Shown: positions 50,801 to 59,800 of the stretch, piece after piece | How the letters are laid out: each line of letters begins with the position of its first letter | How positions within the stretch are numbered: position 1 is the stretch's first letter | Assembly (NCBI GenBank): GCA_964016885.1 | Contig: OZ024750.1 | Location: forward strand, 25,606,001-25,670,000 | DNA length: 64,000 bases | From: Eledone cirrhosa | Lineage: Eukaryota | Reading direction: 5' to 3' | The notes under the pieces: model-generated | Seen by the model: only the letters and a program-made list of their open reading frames with translations | What the model was told of the DNA's origin: nothing | Database searches by the model: none | Position numbers and translations under genes: made by a program

Positions 50801-53800
50801 CGTAGCATAGGTGAAAGGATAGACCAACACTGGGGGGAACTAAAAGGACGAAAAAACGGGTCAGTACTATACGAACATGCTAGACAACAACATGACGGTA
50901 ACATAGACAACATAGAAATTAGAATAATATCTATATATATAAATAAATGTAAAAGTTCTATTTAAATTGTTGGGATACAACAAGCAAATATTTTTATAAC
51001 TGATATAAAGCACTCAACAAATTATTGGAGTAAAAATACGATATATTAACAAATGGAAACTATATTTATAAAACCATATTTATTTCATTATACATATTTC
51101 AAGGACACCAAGTTAAATTATGGTGTACTTTCATCAGATAAAATATAATATAGATCAGTTTTATAAATAAATATTGACATACCCTATCCGGGAGCTTCCA
51201 ACAGAAATGGTCGCATTCTTTAAGGGTATGTCAATATTTATTTATAAAACTGATATATATATTAATATATATTTTTTTAAATTTCTATATAAATTTCTAT
51301 ATAAATATATATTTTTTTAAATTTCTATATAAATTTATATATAAATATATATTTTTTTAAATTTCTCTCTGTGAGACAGTGTTTCTCAGTTTTAAAGGCT
51401 ATCTCTCTCTCTCACTCATTTCTCCTCCTTTCTCACCCTTCCTTCTTATACTCCTCCCACGTCATCCTTTATTTTCTTTCTTCCTCTTCCTTACCCCCCC
51501 CCCCCTCCCGTCCTTTTTTTTCCCAATCTCATATATCCATCTTATTTTATTTTTCATATGTAGATTTAACACTTCACTGCTCACAAGTGTTTTTTAAGCT
51601 TCATATCATGTCTCCCTATTTTATCTGATGAGAACGCAAATATCATATCATCCCATGATGATATTTGTTTTTGAAATGCGCATAATAAAATACATGGAAC
51701 TCTTTTAACCATCTTTTGATCTTATATATAAATATATATATATAACACACACATGTATATATATATATTTATATATATATAACACACATATATCTATATA
51801 TATATATATATTCTCTCTTCTGATGAAAGATTAACATTCATTAACTCTTTTTATACTATATCAAGCATAACACTAATAATATATTTCTTCATTGTACTGT
51901 GACGTTTGCCTTTGGCATATATATATATATATATATATAACATACAAGCTGAAACCATTTGGCGCAGTGGTCAAAATTTTACATATCTCTCTCTGTTTCT
52001 GTGTATGTAAAGGCACATGGCTTAGTGGTTAGAGTGTTTGGCTTGCAATTGTGAGGTTGTGCATTGTATCCTTGAGCAAGGCACTTTATTTCATGTTGCT
52101 TCAGCTTATTCAGCTGTAGAAATAAGTTGCAGCCTCACTGGTACTGAGTTATATTGGTCATTGCTTTTCCCTTGGACAACATCGGTAGTATGGAGAGGGG
52201 TGACTGACATGTTTGGGCGACTGCTGTTTTTCCATAAACAACCTTGCCTAGACTTGTGCCTTGGAGGAGGAACTTTCTAGGCACAAATCCCATGGTCATT
52301 CATGATCGAAGGGGGTCTCTTTAGCCTTATATATATATATATAAACACACACGTATATATATATATATATTGCTCCAGTTTACTCAGCTGTAGAAATGAA
52401 ATGATAGGACTGGGGTCCCTATCATTCCACTGCAAAGTGGTCGTGGAGGTGCCACGGCAAAAAAGCACCCAGCCCACACTGTAAAGTGGACGTGTATGCA
52501 CCACGGAAAAAAAGCACCCAGCACTCACTGTAAATGAGGTTGGTGTTAGGAAGGACATCCAGCTGTAGAAATCAAGCCAGAATCAGTTCCCGTCCCACCC
52601 TTGCAAGCAGGGAAAAGCAGACATAAAATGATGATGATGATGATGATATATATAGTACACATACATCTATCTCTATATATGTTAGTATGGATTTCAGCTC
52701 AACTAAGATATTCATATTTCACTGTAATTTAGAGATCATTTGGAGTTAATATTTGTAAGTTAATTGTTAACAGTTCATAACCTCACTTCAAATGTTTAGC
52801 AAGGGCTGTGCCATACATGGGTAACAGGAAGTTTATCCCTTATTGTCTTCTGCAAAAGCTCATTCTGTATGCTGACTAAATATACATGACCTACTTTAAC
52901 TATAAACCAGTGTTGAACCTGAACATGATCTGATCACCATGGTGGGCTATAGAGACTAACCTATGAGATACCTTGAATTTCAACATCTGGAATCTTAATA
53001 ATAACCTTACTTTAAGATACCTGAATCTAACATAGCAGTTATGGCTCATCTTTTAAATGCTATTGTTACAACAATAATTGACACATTCCAGTAGTCACTC
53101 AATGATAACCTTACATTATATGACCTCATATTATGTAACCTAACATTATATGACCTACATTATGTGACCTACATTATATAAACTTAGTGGTAAAAATCTC
53201 TCAGGAGAGTTGGACAGCAGAAGGTCTTCAGAGAAGAAGCCCCTGTCTCAAGCAAGTGTTTTGGTCCTTAACTTCTGTGACCTTGATCCAATATCTCAGT
53301 TAGGACTCAGACATTTGTTTTTCAATTGATAATCAATTCAATATTAGTTTAAATTGAACTCATTATAAATACTAGCAGAAAAAGCAGCCTGATATAATGA
53401 TGCAAATATATGAATGTATATATAAGCTATATGATATAGCATCCATTATATCATAACTGGAAGTATTGACATTTGAAAATTTAAAAGAAGTGAATCTTAA
53501 AATAAGCAATCATTATATATAAGGATATAGTCCAACATAGTTACGTCCCTTTACAGTCTGAGTTCAAATCCCACCGAGGTTCACTTTGCCTTTCATCCTT
53601 ACGGGGGTCGATAAAATAAAGTACCAGTAATGTACCGGGTAATTGCTGACCTTGTGCCAAAAAAGTAGAAACAATTATCATCAACATCATCTTCGTTTAA
53701 CATCCATTTTCCACGCTAGCATGGGTTAGACGGGAGTTGTCCCACTTGAGGCAAGGCTGGTCGGGTGACCGTGTCTCGCTCATATAGTACTATCTGGCAG

Positions 53801-56800
53801 GTTTTCTACGGCTGCATGCCCTTCCTAACACCAACCACATTTACAGTGTGGAACTGGGAACTTTTTACTGTGTTACCTATACGGCCACATTACAGCGTGG
53901 ACTGTGTGTGTTTTTTGTCGTGACACCTACACGATCTCGATCTCATTTTCTCGTGCTGTTGGTGGGAGTGGGAGGATAGGGTAGGGGTAGTGGATTGGGG
54001 TGTATATTTGGTTAAGAGGTGCCTACTGACTGTAGGTTTCACTTTGTACATATTATATATAAGGATATTTATCAAGAGCTACGAAATTTAGTACATAAAT
54101 TACGTAATATTCATTCCTTATTTATTCAAAGTAATCTAACTTATTTTACTAACAGGATTAACAAATATACAACAGATGCTGTCCTGCACTCCTCCCTTTA
54201 TATCTAGGAATGAGCTTTTGCTGAAGACAATAAGGGATAACCTTCCTGTTACCCATGTATGGCACAACCGTTGCTAAACATCTGAAGTGAGATTATGAAC
54301 TGCTAACCATTAACTTACAATAGATTTATTGATTTATTGACATCTGTTGTTTTTTTTTTTTTATATTTATTTGGGTTATTTCATGTCTTTATATTTATTG
54401 TTTTTAGGTCATTCATAATTTTATGTTTAATAAATTTTCTATAAAAGAGTTGCATGCATGCACACATCAGCCCTCACCCTCTCGCCTCATAGCCATCCAC
54501 CACATGTGCTGGTACAGACATGTCCTCCGCCTCATGCCAGATCATCCTACCAGGGCCTAACTCTCATTTGACTCAGCGGCTACAGGCTGCAAGGGGCACC
54601 ATAGCAGGGCCCACACCAAATAGCTGGATGTGTGATTAAGGAAAATATCCAGAGGTTCGACATCACCTTGGAGTATGCAAAGGGGATGGCATGGGACCGC
54701 CAACGATGGAGGGCACTGGTGGACCTGGTCAGCTCTACACACAATGATGCCTCTGGGATCACTGACCTAGGATGGCCCCAGTCCCATTGAGCAAGAGCAA
54801 GAAGAAGAATTTTATAATCTTTATAATTTGTAGAATTTTGGTCTTTTAACTCCATCCCCCAAACCTTTGTTTCCATCATCGTTTAAGCATTTCCTTATTA
54901 CATACTACTCTATTACTCTATTACGTAATCCAGCTGACAGGCTGAGGCCATGCTGGGGCACCACCATTGTTTATTTTAATTTTACTTTTAATTATTTATC
55001 CAGGTCATAATGAGTTTAGTGTTGGATTTACTCCTAATAAGTACAACTCCCTTGATTAGTTATACTCATGAAAAGATAATCAGTGTATTATTTATTAATC
55101 AATATTAATAAATAAATGGGGTCGATTTAATTGACTTTCTCCGTGCCCCCAAATTGTTAGCCATGTGCATTATTATTGCACATGGCCATCAGAAACTATT
55201 ATTATTATTATTGTTACTGAGATTAGTAGTATTATTATTAACTTATCCTAACATTCTGCTCATGAATCCAATGGATATGTTATCTAATATGTTATCTAAT
55301 AGATGTGTTATCTAATAGATGTGTTATCTAATGGATGTGTTATCTAATAGATGTGTTTTCTAATGGATATGTTATCTAATAGATGTGTTATCTAATGGAT
55401 GTGTTATCTAATGGATATGTTATCTAATAGATGTGTTATCTAATGGATAGTTATCTAATAGATATATTAACTAATAGATATGTTATCTCATGAATGTGTT
55501 ATCTAATGGATATGTTATCTAATAGATAGTTATCTAATAGATATATTAACTAATAGATATGTTATCTCATGAATGTGTTATCTAATGGATATGTTATCTA
55601 ATAGATAGTTATCTAATAGATATATTAACTAATAGATATGTTATCTCATGAATGTGTTATGTAATAAAAAATATATATTTCTTTTCCTTTTATTTAATTT
55701 CTTCTCTTCACTTTCATAATTATACTCGTTAGGTGATAATTATTGTTTGTAATTTCACTAAATGATATTCATTCGCATTGCTGATTGAAAGTAATTGTTG
55801 TTTGAAATTCTTCCAATTTGAATACAAAGCCAATGTTTTGTGTTTCTTTTAATTTAATTAATTAATTGATTGATTAATTATTGGTAAATGAACCTAAAGT
55901 TTGATTATTTATTAATGTATATTTTGTACATTGGAGTAACATTACTCAATAAAGTGCGTAACTCGGAGATCAGAGAGTCTCTCCAGGTAGAACTGTTACT
56001 TTTCTGAATTGAGAGATCACAGCTCCGATACTATGGGCATGTGGTTAGAATGTCTCAGGAAAGAATTTCTGGACAGATTTTATGGGGAAAACTAACCGGC
56101 AAGAGATCCAAGCGTAGACCCTGAGCAAGATGGTTGGATAACATCCATGAGCTTGGCTCGTCACACATGTGGGGATCCAGCCGGATCAGTTGGAGACTGT
56201 TGCTTCTGAAAGGATCGACTTTCTCTTCCCAACAAAACCGTTGGCCTTGTGCCTAAATCAGAAACCAATATTATTTCAAATCCTACCAAGGTTAGCTTTG
56301 CCATTCATCCTTACGGGGGTCGATAAATTAAAGTATCAGTAATGCACTGGGGTTGATTTAATCGATTTTCCTCTCCCCACAAAACTGTTGGCCTAGTGCC
56401 TAAATCAGAAACCATTATTATTGTAATAGAGATGTGAGCAAAATGAAATGTTTGAATTCCTTAAATTTTTCTCATTACTAAAATTGTAGCTAACAGAGCT
56501 GTTATGTATTTAACCTCTTCAGTGCAGTAGATGAGATAACTCATCATAACATGTATGCATTCCAGTGCCATGGATGAGATAACTCGTTCTAACATGTATA
56601 ACAAGTTCATAACTTCAAAGTTATGAACTTGTTTCCAACAGTTCATAGCTTCAAAGTTATGAACTCGTGTCCAACAGTTCATAGCTTCAAAGTTATGAAC
56701 TTGTTTCCAACAGTTCACAGCTTCAAAGTTATGAATTCGTGTCCAACAGTTCATAACTTCAAAGCTAGATGAAGTTACTAGTTTATTGATGTGACGTTTG

Positions 56801-59800
56801 TCAATCATTCAGATATGTGTTGTTAATAAATGTTTGTTTACAAAAAATAGTCATTTTACTGAAAAAAACCCCAGCACAGGTAGCTGTGTAAAATATACAC
56901 GGCAGTCAACAGGTTAAAAAAATTCTTAACAGAGAACAAAAAATGTTTATTCCGTATTGTTTTCTCGTTATTTTATTATTAAACTTAATATGCATGAAAA
57001 ATTTGTCATTTTCTTGTGATATCTTCTGCCTATAACTATGCACTTGTTTCACGCCAAGACAATTCTAAAGTTCCTCCAAATTTCATATATTAAAAAGAAC
57101 TTATATTTTGTGTGTGCTAATTCTAAAATTTGTGCTATGCATTGCTTTTTTTAAAACAGTTTTGGAAGTCAGAATATAAATGTCTTTATATTTTATTTAC
57201 ACTGTGAATATTATGAGTAGAATAGCCAGAACTATAGGGAGTATTGAAAACCCCTACCTCTTCATTTTGGGGTTTATGAATTCATCATGCCCTTCTTTAT
57301 ATATTGCCTTTTTGTGTCCCAGAGCAAACTATTTAAAAACTCTACTTGTCTTAAGTTTCATGACTAACTGCCAAACAGTAATAATAATATCAATAATATT
57401 AATTATTGCTATTGTTGTTGTTGTTATTGTTGTTATTATTATCAGTAGCAACATATGACAGCAGTTGATTTAGATACTGTTTTAGTTAATAATCAATATC
57501 AATGAATGAAAGGTCAAATCATCTTTCTCTAATTAATGAAGCAAATATTGAACTCAGTGGAAAATATTTAGTTTAATTGAAATCTTGTTTAAATTAAGTA
57601 AACTTTTACAAAATATTTTTAGTTTGATTGAAATCTTGTTTAAATTAAGTAAACTTTTACAAAATACTCAACACTTTTTTTATTCTAACTGTTTTATATT
57701 TAAAAAAAATATATATATATTTGTAAAAAAAATAAGTGGATTAATTAAAATTTTTTTTTGTTTAAAAATTGCTATAAATGTTTTGAACTGCTAAGTTGAT
57801 TGTTATAGGCCGATCTTTATGCCGGAGCACTGTTTATTAAACAAGCTTTGAAATGGGACTTGTACCTGTCATTGCTTCTCATCTTGGCCATTGCATCAAT
57901 ATTTACCATCAGTGGTAAGTTAAATATCTACTTAGTCTTTCATTATCATCGTTGCCATTATCATTATCATTTCACTCAACATCAACACCACTGACGATAA
58001 CAATATTGTTGATTTTGTTGTTGTTGTTGTTGTTGTATAGCAGGTCACTCTTTATTGAGCAGATCTTTGATCATAAGGTATTTCAGCCATGACAATTCTG
58101 TCTTTTTGTAATATAAAGGACTACATTGTCCAATGTGTCCTCACAATTTTATACAAGACAGTAGTGTGTGATTGGAGGGAATTTGGCAACTATTTGTAGC
58201 CAGTTGATTGACTTCGTAGGAGCTGTCTTGTCAGCAGTGATATTATTGTTTAGTTCCAGGTCAGCTTTCATTGATCTGACCTCAGATTAAAGGCATTCTA
58301 GCTATGACTGGGGCTACATTGGGCTTTCTTATATAAAAGATTATAAGAGTTATTTGAGGGAGATATTGCTGCTATTTCTAGCTAGTTCCCTTGTCAACAG
58401 TGATATTGTTATAATCATTGTTATTACCAATAATATCATCATTGACATCATCATCATCATCATCATCACCATGAGAGATTTATTAGAAAGTCCAGCCAAG
58501 TCAAGTATATTGTCCTTTAGTCTAGTGCCTACACCTATACATCTTACTTCCTTCCACATTTTGTGTGGCATTTATTTTATAAAATGGAAATCTGGTAGAA
58601 CTACTCCTCTCCCCATAGACACAAGGATTGGTGTTTAATTCTGGACATTTTTTATGTATCCCTATTTTTAGACTAGGTTCACCGTAACCCTGTTTTCAGA
58701 ATAGGTACACTGTATCCGTTTTGACTAGGTACACTGTATCGCTGTTTTTAGACTATGTACACTATTTCTGTTTTTAGACTAGGTACACCATATCCCTGTT
58801 TTTAAACTAGGTACACTGTATTTCTGTTTTTAGACTAAGTACACCATATCCCTGTTTTTAGACTAGGTACACTGTATTTCTGTTTTTAGACTAGGTACAC
58901 CATATCCCTGTTTTTAGACTAGGTACACTGTATTTCTGTTTTTAGACTAGGTACACCATATCCCTGTTTTTAGACTAGGGTCCCTGTATCCCAGTTTTTA
59001 GAATAGGTACACTGTATCCCTGTTTTTAGACTAGGTACACTGTATCCCTGTTTTTAGAATAGGTACACTGTATCTCTTCACTGTATCCCAGTTTTTAGAA
59101 TAGGTACACTGTATCCCTGTTTTTAGACTAGGTACACTGTATCCCTGTTTTTAGACTAGGTACACTGTATCCTTGTTTTGTGAGAGGAATCTGGAAGGGA
59201 CTTAAAATATTGCCTAAAATTTTGACCAACCCATGCTAACATGAAAAAGTGGATGTAAAAATGTTGATGATAATGATGATGATATCTTAAAATATCTGAA
59301 CCAGCCTTCTCCTGTACCAATATAAAAAAATATTTGTTTCTATATTTCCTTAAGGTGGACTAACTGCTGTAATATGGACAGACTTTATGCAGTGTTTCAT
59401 AATGCTGGGTGGTGCTATAGCCCTTATGATTCTCAGTAAGTATTACCTTATATATATATATCATCATCATCGTTTAACATCTATCTTCCATGCTAGCATA
59501 TATATATATATATATATAGCTTGTACTACCAACTTATAGTATGTACAACCAATATATATATATATATAGCTTATACTACCAATATACATATAGTATGTAC
59601 TACCACTATATAGTATATGCTATCACTCTATATAGTATATACTTCCACTATATATAGTATGTACTATCACTATATAGTATATACTATCACTATATAGTAT
59701 ATACTATCACTATATAGTATATACTATCACTATATAGTATATACTATCACTATATAGTATATACTATCACTATATAGTATGTACTACCTATATATATTAT

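Noticed and set aside
51815-51860. CTGATGA near the other hammerheads
   Set aside because: No stem II followed by GAAA.
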